This document shows, piece after piece, positions 29,407-38,469 of a stretch of DNA of 64,000 nt (its first letter is position 1; the number at the start of each line of letters is the position of its first letter). Source of the stretch: Candidatus Obscuribacteraceae bacterium (GTDB lineage Bacteria; Cyanobacteriota; Vampirovibrionia; Obscuribacterales; Obscuribacteraceae). The notes under the pieces are model-generated. The model was not told the origin of the DNA and did no database searches. It saw only the letters and a list, made by a program, of their open reading frames with translations. The stretch lies in contig JBGAHS010000011.1 of NCBI GenBank assembly GCA_044226015.1, forward strand, positions 160,001 through 224,000, given 5' to 3'. The translations under genes and the position numbers were made by a program.

Positions 29407-30636
29407 ATGCCAAACAAAAAGCTGGAAGATCCAACTAATCCAATAAGCGATGAATTCATGTGCGACCCGTATCCCTCATACGATGAGCTACGAAGCAATG
29501 CACCTATTTTTTGGAGTGAAAAGGGCAAGTATTGGATCGTCACCAGTTACGATATTGCAAATCAAATCACGAAAGATTTGCGCTTCGGTAAGCGCCTTGA
29601 GCGATGGAACCATCTGAATCCACTTGCAAAAGTACTACCGGGTCCTGCAAAACTTATTCGCTCTCGCAAGAATTGGATGCTAAATGCCAATCCACCAGAG
29701 CACACACACTTACGCTCACTGGTTAATAAGGCATTTACTCCAAAAATGATCGAACAGATGCGCGCTCACATCCAACAGATAGCAGACAGGCTGATAGATG
29801 GTGTTTTGCCCGCAGGGAAAATGGAGTTCATAGGCCAGTTTGCGTTTCCAATTCCTATCACGGTTATTGCAGAAATGTTAGGCATTCCATCTGCAGACCA
29901 TTCAAAATTTAGAGAACTGTCGAACACTTTAACGCAAACTCTCGAACCTGGTTATTCAATGGAAGTCTTAAACCAGGCAGTAAAAGCGCATGATGAGCTC
30001 ACATCCTATCTTGAACCCGTAGTTGACGAGCGCCGGAAGAGCCCAGGAACTGATCTAATATCAGCACTCTTACTCGCCGAGGAAAACGGCGAGACACTCT
30101 CCGCAGAAGATATAATCGGCAACGTAATACTGATGCTGGTGGCAGGTCATGAGACCACGGTGAATCTCATTGGCAATGGCATGTTGGCTCTTCTAAAGCA
30201 CAGCGATCAGATGGAGCTTTTAAAAGGGAAGCCAGAACTCATTGAATCAGCTGTAGAAGAATGCCTTCGCTACGATTCGCCTGTGCAGACAGTCAAGCGA
30301 ATCGTAGAAGACAACATGGAATATCACGGACAAAAAATGAAAAAAGGTGACATGGTCATACTGTTTCTTGGTGCCTGCAATCGTGACCCCGATGCATTCA
30401 GTGATGCAAACAGATTTGACATCACCCGCACACCTAACAAACATCTATCTTTCTCTGCAGGAATTCACCATTGCCTCGGAGCATTCCTTGCTAGAGTCGA
30501 AGGACAGATAGCTCTAAGCACTATACTCAAACGTATTCCCGACATCAGAATGGCGGAGCAAAAACTTGAATATAAACACCCGTACAACCTGCGCGGCGTA
30601 AAAGAACTGCATCTAGTTTATAGCCCTCAAAACTAA
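29407..30636 (+). CDS. Cytochrome P450 (CYP107/BioI-like clan)
   Basis: I-helix AGHETT, EECLR (ExxR), NRDP and heme loop FSAGIHHCLG. Confidence 0.95.
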   Translation: MPNKKLEDPTNPISDEFMCDPYPSYDELRSNAPIFWSEKGKYWIVTSYDIANQITKDLRFGKRLERWNHLNPLAKVLPGPAKLIRSRKNWMLNANPPEHTHLRSLVNKAFTPKMIEQMRAHIQQIADRLIDGVLPAGKMEFIGQFAFPIPITVIAEMLGIPSADHSKFRELSNTLTQTLEPGYSMEVLNQAVKAHDELTSYLEPVVDERRKSPGTDLISALLLAEENGETLSAEDIIGNVILMLVAGHETTVNLIGNGMLALLKHSDQMELLKGKPELIESAVEECLRYDSPVQTVKRIVEDNMEYHGQKMKKGDMVILFLGACNRDPDAFSDANRFDITRTPNKHLSFSAGIHHCLGAFLARVEGQIALSTILKRIPDIRMAEQKLEYKHPYNLRGVKELHLVYSPQN

Positions 30637-30676
30637 ACATGCAGACCGCAACTAAGTATCAGCTTTCTGGACGAGG

Positions 30677-32761
30677 CTAGTCCATTTCCCCAACATAGCC
30701 AACATCAAAGCCGCCAAGTAGAATGCTTAGTTCTCCTACCTTTGTTTGTCTGCGGAAGCGAAACTCCACGGCCAGTCCATTCTGAGTGTACGTAACGCGC
30801 GGGGCACCGCCGGCGGGACCATCCTTATAATCGTTAAAAGGAGGAGCTGGCATCGTTGTTGTAGCGAAATCATCTTGTCGACTGACAGTAGGAGGCACGC
30901 CGGTTCCACCACCGCCAACTGCTTTGCCTTTGCCTTTTCCTTGACCGCCGATTTCCATTTCATCCACATAATCATAGACAAAGCGGTGAGGGCGCCAGTA
31001 CGTCTCTGCCATGTAGTCTTGAGATCTTGGCACTTTTGCTATCAGTCCTTGAACACGTTTAAGCATTGCCTGCTCGCTCTTTCGAGAACACAATGGTGAA
31101 TTTTTCCCCAGAGTGTTAGAAGCTACCGTACTGCACTCCATCGTGTCGCCATCGTGCATACCGCCAGCCTCGTATCCACGAACACGAACCAGATCGCGCT
31201 CGTAAAAATCAAATTTATTGGTTCCCTCAAAATCAATTTTCTTAAGATTGAACGAACCAGATTTACCCTTATCGGGTAGATTCATCTCAATCCCCGTAAT
31301 CTTCCAGGACTTCGTTTTCGAATCCAATTCTTCGCCATCAGCCAGCTCTGCATACAACTGCTTCTCACCAACCACAGTATAGGGATAAGGCTTTATCGAT
31401 TTCGTGCGATATAGAATTGAGCCATCTTTTGAAAAGCTGTAGATGTGAAGGATGCCAGCCGGTATATCACCAATCGTGACAGGCGCCAGTGTCATTGGGT
31501 CTGGAGCCTTCCACAATACTGTCGGAGATGGTGGGGCTTCAAACTGGGCTGGGGAACTGCCTCCGCTGGAAGACTTTAACATATTCAAAACAGAACTTAT
31601 ATTGATTCGCGAACCTGCATTGCGAATCCAATCATAGATTCCCAATCGTATAGCCTCCGCAGCCACTGGCGGATCAGAAGTCCAAGTTGGAAGAGGATTC
31701 CATTTTGGGCTATCAATGCTTGCAAGCGGGAGGTCAACCGGAAAGTCGCCACCATCAGCGGAAAGTATGTCACACTTCTTTTTCTTCAATTCGTCCCACT
31801 CTAACAAATCCGCTGGACAATTGATTTCATCGATGGAGCCGTCGGGAAAGCTAATAGTTAGAGCACCACCCATCGGATGCACAACATCGTTGCCGGGAGA
31901 AGCACAGGAAGAAAAATGCTGCACATAGGACTTACCCTGGTCATAGACTTTCTGATCAGCATCAATTCGAATCACCGAATGCATCTGGAAAGGAAGCCCG
32001 GTAACAGTTTTAGTAAACTTGCTTGCGTCGCACAAAGAAACTCGTTTTCCCGTCGAACAAAACACGAAGTCCTCAGAACCATATTCAATGTTCGAGTCTG
32101 AGACATAAGATCCGCCAAGTGAATCACCTGGGTTTATACCAGCTTCACTGCTCGGGTTGGGAATCGCAACTTGCGTAGCAATTCCATTTTCTAGCGAACC
32201 ATACTGCAGTGTCATGGTAGGTGGCACATATTCCGTTGACTGAGCAACGTTTTTCAAATAAATTGCATGCGCATCATCATAAGTCTTGACGTCGTTTCCA
32301 TAAATGTCTTTGGCAGATCCACCAGCAACGAGCGTCTTTTCAATCTCATCATCTAGCCTTTTCTTGGCGGCCAGAACATTATCTCTGTCTTGCAATGCCA
32401 TCGCTTTCATGAATTTGTCATTGAGCTTGCAAGCTATGATGTAGTTCAAACGCGCCGTCGCCATCAACTCATTTATGCTGCGCACTTCGCAGTAGTAATT
32501 ATCCTTAGCCAGAGTCGTCTTGCAATTCTTCATCGGCGCAAAATCGCACAATGAAACGAAACCAAATTCTGGAGTGTCGACAACAATTCGGCTGATGTCT
32601 TGAGCTGCAGCCAGCGCAGCTGCTTCGGCGGCTGTCTTCTGACCCATATGCCCTCGGGTCAAATTAAGATAGGACAGACCAAAAATGATCACGCCCACTA
32701 TTATTAGTGCGCTGACCGCGACAAGGGCAAGCATACTTCCAGATCTGGTTCTTCTGTTCAT
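30677..32761 (-). CDS. Large protein with TadG/TadE-like pseudopilin N-terminus
   Basis: MNRRTRSG|SMLALV, then a TM helix and QKTAAEAAALAAAQD (Tad-domain pattern). Remainder unrecognised. Confidence 0.7.
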   Translation of the reverse strand: MNRRTRSGSMLALVAVSALIIVGVIIFGLSYLNLTRGHMGQKTAAEAAALAAAQDISRIVVDTPEFGFVSLCDFAPMKNCKTTLAKDNYYCEVRSINELMATARLNYIIACKLNDKFMKAMALQDRDNVLAAKKRLDDEIEKTLVAGGSAKDIYGNDVKTYDDAHAIYLKNVAQSTEYVPPTMTLQYGSLENGIATQVAIPNPSSEAGINPGDSLGGSYVSDSNIEYGSEDFVFCSTGKRVSLCDASKFTKTVTGLPFQMHSVIRIDADQKVYDQGKSYVQHFSSCASPGNDVVHPMGGALTISFPDGSIDEINCPADLLEWDELKKKKCDILSADGGDFPVDLPLASIDSPKWNPLPTWTSDPPVAAEAIRLGIYDWIRNAGSRINISSVLNMLKSSSGGSSPAQFEAPPSPTVLWKAPDPMTLAPVTIGDIPAGILHIYSFSKDGSILYRTKSIKPYPYTVVGEKQLYAELADGEELDSKTKSWKITGIEMNLPDKGKSGSFNLKKIDFEGTNKFDFYERDLVRVRGYEAGGMHDGDTMECSTVASNTLGKNSPLCSRKSEQAMLKRVQGLIAKVPRSQDYMAETYWRPHRFVYDYVDEMEIGGQGKGKGKAVGGGGTGVPPTVSRQDDFATTTMPAPPFNDYKDGPAGGAPRVTYTQNGLAVEFRFRRQTKVGELSILLGGFDVGYVGEMD

Positions 32762-32942
32762 GAATCCCAACGTCGTAACGAAGCCTACAAATCCAAGCTA
32801 CCGCGTAGCCGATCGACTGTCAATTCAGGCGTGGACGCTTCTGCGCCCAGTAATTGGGTAAGCCTCTTCACAGTTGCAGTTTTTGGGATTTTTAGCCAAA
32901 AATGGAGTTTTAACAAATCGAAGCCTTATCGTTGTCAAAGAC

Positions 32943-33851
32943 CTAATGACTCCCGCCCGCCAAAATTTTGACGCTATGGAAGATGGCCGGAATAATTGCG
33001 TCCATACATTCTTCAACGGCTCTACTTGCACCGGGTAAAGTAACTATGAGCGTTTTCCCCCTGATTCCCGCGATACCACGCGAAAGCATCGCCATCGGCA
33101 TGCGCTCTTGTCCATAAACACGCATAGCTTCTGAGATTCCGGGAACCTCCATGTCGATTATGCGCCGCACGACTTCTGGCGTTCTATCACGAGGTCCCAA
33201 TCCTGTGCCGCCAGTACTTATTAGCAAATCAAAGCGTCCGCGGTCAACCATTTCCTTTATTGTCTTCTCAATCTCAATTTCGTCATCGGGAACAACTTTA
33301 TACTGTCCAACAGTCACATGTTCTTTTTCCAATCGTTCAACAATCAATTTGCCTGAAGCATCCTGCTTCTTTCCATCTGATACTGAATCTGATACCACCA
33401 AAACCGCAGCCTTAATTGCTTTGTTGCGATCAACAGAATAATCAGACTTGCCACCACGTTTCTCCAGGAGACGAACACCAGTTATTTCCATGGTTTCATC
33501 AAACACTTTAAGCATGTCGTAAATTGTCAGTGCAGCTACAGAGGCGGCAGTAAGCGCTTCCATCTCAACACCGGTTTTATAGATTGCTTTTACCTGAACT
33601 CGTATCTCAATTTCGCTGTCTTTCAAGTCAAAGTCAACTTGAACGTAATCAACAGGAATCGGATGGCAGTAGGGAATGATTTGATGGGTATTTTTTGCAG
33701 CTTGAATCGCAGCTACCTTAGCAACCGGTAGGGGGTCGCCCTTTGGCACTTCGTTATTTCGAATCTTTGCTATAAGCCCCGAACTTGCTTTCAAAGTGGC
33801 TGCAGCCCAGGCTTTGCGAAGCGTTTTGGTCTTCTGGCTTACATCTTTCAA
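32943..33851 (-). CDS. moaC: Bifunctional molybdenum cofactor biosynthesis protein MoaC/MoaB(MogA)
   Basis: KGD, IP.CHP, TGVEMEALT, IYDMLK and EK.GGKS, followed by VSDS, TGGTGLGPRD.TPE and LSRG.AG. TTG start with GAGGTG RBS. Confidence 0.93.
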   Translation of the reverse strand: MKDVSQKTKTLRKAWAAATLKASSGLIAKIRNNEVPKGDPLPVAKVAAIQAAKNTHQIIPYCHPIPVDYVQVDFDLKDSEIEIRVQVKAIYKTGVEMEALTAASVAALTIYDMLKVFDETMEITGVRLLEKRGGKSDYSVDRNKAIKAAVLVVSDSVSDGKKQDASGKLIVERLEKEHVTVGQYKVVPDDEIEIEKTIKEMVDRGRFDLLISTGGTGLGPRDRTPEVVRRIIDMEVPGISEAMRVYGQERMPMAMLSRGIAGIRGKTLIVTLPGASRAVEECMDAIIPAIFHSVKILAGGSH

Positions 33852-33944
33852 GGTTCACCTCACCGTGCAGACTTTACTCAATGCAGAAGCTTCCTTCTGC
33901 TAGACTTTTCTGGTCATGCCCCGTAGATTTCAAGCACTCGTCCA

Positions 33945-34712
33945 ATGAAGAGTCCATGGCTGAATATAATAGCGCTGTTGGTGCTGGTCTTTCAGTATCT
34001 ACCGATTATCGTTCTTATTGTTTTCAGCTTCGATCAATCAAAACTTGCAATCGCCTGGACAGGCTTTACGCTTGACTGGTACAAAGCTCTTAAGGACGAA
34101 ACTACTCTTATAAGCGCTTTTCGAAACAGTTTGCTTGTAGCTTCCGTCAGTGTAAGTTTTGCAGCTGTGATGGGAACCATGGCTGCCATTGGACTGGCAC
34201 GTTTGCGTTTTGCTGGAGAAGGCGTTTACCGTGCCCTTGTGATGCTACCGATTATTATTCCTGAAATTGCTATGGCAGTTGCGGCACTAACCTTGTTCAT
34301 CGCTATGAAATTAAGCTTGAGCCTGGCAACAATTATCGTTTCACACATCGTTTTTTGCGTGGCTTACGTAACGCTTACAGTCATGGGAAGGCTGGAAGGC
34401 ATGGACCCGAAACTTGAGGAAGCCGCACAAGATCTCGGCGCACCACCACTGGTGGCTTTTTTCAAAATAACACTGCCCTTGCTAATGCCAGGCATTGTAG
34501 CCGGCTGCCTGCTCGCCTTCGTGCTTTCTCTCGACGACTTTATCATCACTCAGTTTACAGCCGGAGTAGGCGACACAACATTGCCTTTGTGGATATACGG
34601 GTCCGTTAAATTTGGAGTGAAACCAACAATTAATGCGCTGAGTACGCTCATGATTTTAGTCACAGTCGGTACTTCGCTTACAGCAGAGGCGATTCGGCGG
34701 AAAAATGTCTAG
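33945..34712 (+). CDS. potC: ABC permease, spermidine/putrescine PotC-like
   Basis: YLPI...FSF, GFTLDWY, EAA motif LEEAAQDLGA, F.LSLDDF and P.INALST. Confidence 0.88.
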   Translation: MKSPWLNIIALLVLVFQYLPIIVLIVFSFDQSKLAIAWTGFTLDWYKALKDETTLISAFRNSLLVASVSVSFAAVMGTMAAIGLARLRFAGEGVYRALVMLPIIIPEIAMAVAALTLFIAMKLSLSLATIIVSHIVFCVAYVTLTVMGRLEGMDPKLEEAAQDLGAPPLVAFFKITLPLLMPGIVAGCLLAFVLSLDDFIITQFTAGVGDTTLPLWIYGSVKFGVKPTINALSTLMILVTVGTSLTAEAIRRKNV

Positions 34713-34766
34713 TTCTTAATTTACCTGTTGGCATGTATACTGAATTAAGCCGGAGGATAGATTAAC

Positions 34767-35258
34767 TTGCTCAATCGCAAACACTTAGCGGCAGCCTTCG
34801 CGAGCCTGTGCCTGATGCAGACAGCATCATTTGCAGGAAACCTCACTGCTCCAAAAATGGACGAGGCAGTGAAATCGTACAAGGATAGGCAATACGCTCA
34901 ATCTCTGGCTCAATTTCGGCAGCTTCACAATTCCGGAACCTGCAATGAGCTGATTCACTACTACATGGCTCTTTGTTATCAGGGAATGAATCAGATTTCG
35001 TCAGCTCGCACCGAATACGCTACGGTCATGAAAGGGCGCTCAACAGCTCTTCGGCAAAACGCTCAGTATGCGTTGAGTCAGATAGATCGCTGGAACCGAC
35101 ACAGATCGTACAGCGGGAATGGTCCAAGCAACTGGCAACAAATGCCTTTGATGGCATCAAATCGTAAGGGTGGCATTAGCACGACGAGCTCTGGTCCGGG
35201 CGGTCCCATCAAAGAAATCATAATAGACATGCCTGCACCCAGCGGTGGCGGTTGCTGA
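34767..35258 (+). CDS. Small exported protein with one TPR-like hairpin and a low-complexity tail
   Basis: GGAGGA RBS with TTG start. Signal peptide ending ASFA. HYYMALCYQ...AR.EY motif. Confidence 0.72.
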   Translation: MLNRKHLAAAFASLCLMQTASFAGNLTAPKMDEAVKSYKDRQYAQSLAQFRQLHNSGTCNELIHYYMALCYQGMNQISSARTEYATVMKGRSTALRQNAQYALSQIDRWNRHRSYSGNGPSNWQQMPLMASNRKGGISTTSSGPGGPIKEIIIDMPAPSGGGC

Positions 35259-35350
35259 CATTAACCCCAAAGTGATAGGTCATCACTTAACTAACAAGAC
35301 ACTGCAAGCCTCAATGAAAACCACGCACGACTTTGTTCCGCATGATTCAA

Positions 35351-36082
35351 TCATTTGAAGCGAACAGAATTTCTACGTGATAATTGCATAGAACGGTCTC
35401 TTAAGAGAGTCAGGTATGCGGACAACTCCGGCGCGGTCGCCTGGTTTTCAGGGAATCTTTTTGAAATAAACTCGTTTTCCGCTTGATGAAATCGAGCCCA
35501 ATGTCTTTCAGAAGGTTTCATCGCAGATTTAAATCTGTCTGGAGCAAGAGCTCGCTGAGACGCGAACTCTGCCTTCCAATCTTCAATTCCCTCAGAAATG
35601 CATACACTTTTTTCGGCATCATTAGCAGACTTCTGCAAACAAGCACCGACCTTTCTATCAATTGGATTAGTCAGTGCAGTATCTGGCAAACTTTTTTCTT
35701 TGATTGAATTTAGCTCACGCGCCCTTGTCTCAACGAGATCAAGTTTGTCAGCTAAAACATCAACCTGAGGATGGGTATCGGCTGGCGCGTTTTTATACTG
35801 CCTATCAATCAGGTGATACTCAGCATCTCGAAACTTTTCCCACTCTCTCTCGGACTTACGAAGGGCTCGCTTAGCGTCTCTATCGCCAGCGAGTTCCTCT
35901 AATAGTGAATTGTATGTCTTGTTCAACTCTTTGTCCCAAGACGCAATTCCGTTGCTCAGACATTCTTTCATACCAGCAGGACCAGTAGAGTTTGTCAGGC
36001 AAGCATTGATATCGTGATCAAGCTTCGCAAATTCTTCAGTCCCAGATATCACCTTATTTACTGGTGAATCATAAGTATCCAT
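35351..36082 (-). CDS. Tandem LprI/DUF1311 (lysozyme-inhibitor-like) domain protein
   Basis: C...M.EC......WDKELNKTY..L and LR.SER.W.KFRDAE. A second degenerate copy has SERHWARF.QAE. GGAG RBS. Confidence 0.75.
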   Translation of the reverse strand: MDTYDSPVNKVISGTEEFAKLDHDINACLTNSTGPAGMKECLSNGIASWDKELNKTYNSLLEELAGDRDAKRALRKSEREWEKFRDAEYHLIDRQYKNAPADTHPQVDVLADKLDLVETRARELNSIKEKSLPDTALTNPIDRKVGACLQKSANDAEKSVCISEGIEDWKAEFASQRALAPDRFKSAMKPSERHWARFHQAENEFISKRFPENQATAPELSAYLTLLRDRSMQLSRRNSVRFK

Positions 36083-36312
36083 GGCAATTCTCCGGCTGTC
36101 GCGCTGATAACAACGGTGAGCACAAACGAGTTGTGCGCAAACGATTCCGAGTTCTACCCATGCCTTGACACAAAGATTAGACGAAAGGGGTCAGCTATTG
36201 AATGGGAGAACCACGGCTGGAGTCGGCAAGAGCCATTAAAATGCTCAAATCTTAGTCAGCAAATGAATTGGACTGGATAGATTCGCTAAGTCATATTGAA
36301 ATGAGATAAATC

Positions 36313-37524
36313 ATGAATTTCTCGCTTGAAAAATCAGATTCAAACCCACTCCAGCTGAAAGGCACACAGGGTGAGCGTCAGCTGAATCTTTTAGACTTAC
36401 GCACTAGCAGCTCAGAGCGAGAGCAGCAAGTAAAAATGCGAGCGATTGGAGAAAGCAAGAAAGGTAGCGATGCACAGATTTCGCTGCCAGAGCTCAGTGC
36501 AGAAAAAAACACGAGAAATAACGAGACTTCTAGTAAAGTAAGTGAGTCAAAAGCAGAATCATTGCCACCAAATAAGCCACTAGAACTTAAGAACGAAAAG
36601 GCCGTAGAGCAAGAAGCAAGAGAGCAAGAAGCTCGCCTATATCCAGAGCTTTCTTTTAGCAAGAGAGCTGCAGATGTGCTTGCAGCAGCCGCAGGAACTG
36701 CCAGAGAAAAATGGGATCAGGCTAATGCTCTTTTCCATGTAGCAGAGATTCAAGTTGAGAAATATATTGATCTCCAGGGTGGCATCCAAAAGATGTTCCA
36801 CAAGGTGTCTCAACTTGCAGATGAAATTTATAACGTCATGGACAATTTCGTTAAAGGCAATAGGGGCATGAAAATACCAGATAGCCCTGAAAAACCTATA
36901 CAAGAAGATAGTTTACGCCAGCAGCTGAAAAGCCTGAATAAAGACGAAAGACTCGCGGCAATGCGCGGCGAGAAGGGTTCAGCCCTCAGGGAAGGTATAT
37001 TCAAAATTTGCGACGACGAGGAAAAAGATGCCTTCAATGAAATCGATATTGCACTAAACAAAGTGCAATTGCACTCGTCAATTAAACTGCAACATGCACT
37101 GGCAGCCAATAAGTATGCTGCCGAAAATAACGATATCAGTGCCAAGATACTCTCTGAAAACATTTTGAAGTCTATCGCTGCCTTAGACCCCGACACTTAC
37201 AAAAACAGTCCCGAAATCCATGGGCTCATTCTGCAATCAGAGCGAGGTGAACGAATGGATTTGAGTGAAGGCAAGGCTCTTTCAACAGCTTTGACCGCAG
37301 AGGCTCAAAAAGTCATTCAAATGACTCTGGAAGGACCTGATGCAGCCTTCGATGGTGACGGCAGAAAACAAGGCGCTGAGCAAGCAGCTAAATTTCTGGC
37401 TGCCGCGCTGGCTACGAACAAATCAGTCTGCCAAAACGTCTGGAGCAGCTGGGATTATGCAAAAAAATACAATTCCATTTTTTCAGTAGCCGAGTCACTT
37501 GTTTCTCAAACGCCGCAAAAATAA
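36313..37524 (+). CDS. Hypothetical helical protein
   Basis: 403-aa open frame with coding-like composition. No recognised motif. Confidence 0.7.
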   Translation: MNFSLEKSDSNPLQLKGTQGERQLNLLDLRTSSSEREQQVKMRAIGESKKGSDAQISLPELSAEKNTRNNETSSKVSESKAESLPPNKPLELKNEKAVEQEAREQEARLYPELSFSKRAADVLAAAAGTAREKWDQANALFHVAEIQVEKYIDLQGGIQKMFHKVSQLADEIYNVMDNFVKGNRGMKIPDSPEKPIQEDSLRQQLKSLNKDERLAAMRGEKGSALREGIFKICDDEEKDAFNEIDIALNKVQLHSSIKLQHALAANKYAAENNDISAKILSENILKSIAALDPDTYKNSPEIHGLILQSERGERMDLSEGKALSTALTAEAQKVIQMTLEGPDAAFDGDGRKQGAEQAAKFLAAALATNKSVCQNVWSSWDYAKKYNSIFSVAESLVSQTPQK

Positions 37525-37569
37525 GCAGTGACTACTATACAACGAATCTCAATCAAGAAAAAGAGCCCG

Positions 37570-38352
37570 CTATTTAGCCGTGCTAAGCTCAGAACCATTG
37601 CCAATGCTATTGCTACTGCGACCACGCATGCTATCTAACTCAGCCATCATCAACGCTCGAACATGATCCCGCATCTGTTTCACATTTGCAAAATCAGCAG
37701 CATTGACTGCTGGCAGTACTTTTACATGAATCTTGCCTCTAAAATTCAAAAGCATAGACCCTTTTGGCAAAATCCCAGCAGTACCGTCAATGACAATAGG
37801 AACGAGCGGAACCTGGCAATCTTTAGCTATCTTGAAAGGACCATCACGAAATTCGAGAAGTTCACCGTCCTCTGATCTGGTGCCTTCAGGAAAGATCATT
37901 ATGGAAGCACCCTGATGCAGCCAATTCTTGCATGTATTCATCATGTCTTTAACGCTTTTCAAATCGCCACGAACAATTTTCACGTACTGATTCAGATTCA
38001 TGTTCCAACCGATAAAAGGAATCTTGAAGACAGATTCCTTTGAGACCCACTTGTATGGCTTATTGAGACCATACAGCACCATTATGTCCCAGAGTGATTG
38101 ATGGTTCGCAGCTAAAACGTAGGTTTTGCCATCTTCGATATTTTCGAGCCCTTCAAAAGTGCAGCTCCAGAAGGGATTAATCCTGATATAGTGGTGCCCC
38201 CACCAGCACGAATACAAGTGCACCAGTTTTCGATTTGGATCATTCCAGGAAAAGAGCACGGTCAGCAGAACAGAAATCCAAACCAGAAAGGCCGAGCTAA
38301 CAAAGAAATATGCGATATAGAGTGGTGAAAGAATCCGTTGCAGCATATTCAA
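37570..38352 (-). CDS. plsC: 1-acyl-sn-glycerol-3-phosphate acyltransferase family
   Basis: NHQSLWD and FPEGTRS motifs. Confidence 0.88.
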   Translation of the reverse strand: MNMLQRILSPLYIAYFFVSSAFLVWISVLLTVLFSWNDPNRKLVHLYSCWWGHHYIRINPFWSCTFEGLENIEDGKTYVLAANHQSLWDIMVLYGLNKPYKWVSKESVFKIPFIGWNMNLNQYVKIVRGDLKSVKDMMNTCKNWLHQGASIMIFPEGTRSEDGELLEFRDGPFKIAKDCQVPLVPIVIDGTAGILPKGSMLLNFRGKIHVKVLPAVNAADFANVKQMRDHVRALMMAELDSMRGRSSNSIGNGSELSTAK

Positions 38353-38411
38353 CTCACAAGATACCGTCTCAGCCTAGTTTAACAGTATGAGAACATTGCA
38401 GCAAGAATTAT

Positions 38412-38451
38412 AAAAGAAGAGGACGCTCATGGTTTGCATGGCGTCCTCTTC
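38412..38451 (-). terminator. Intrinsic terminator after ileS
   Basis: GAAGAGGACGC..CATG/CATG..GCGTCCTCTTC hairpin followed by TTTT on -. Confidence 0.75.
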
Positions 38452-38469
38452 ATTAAGTTTATGGACTAA

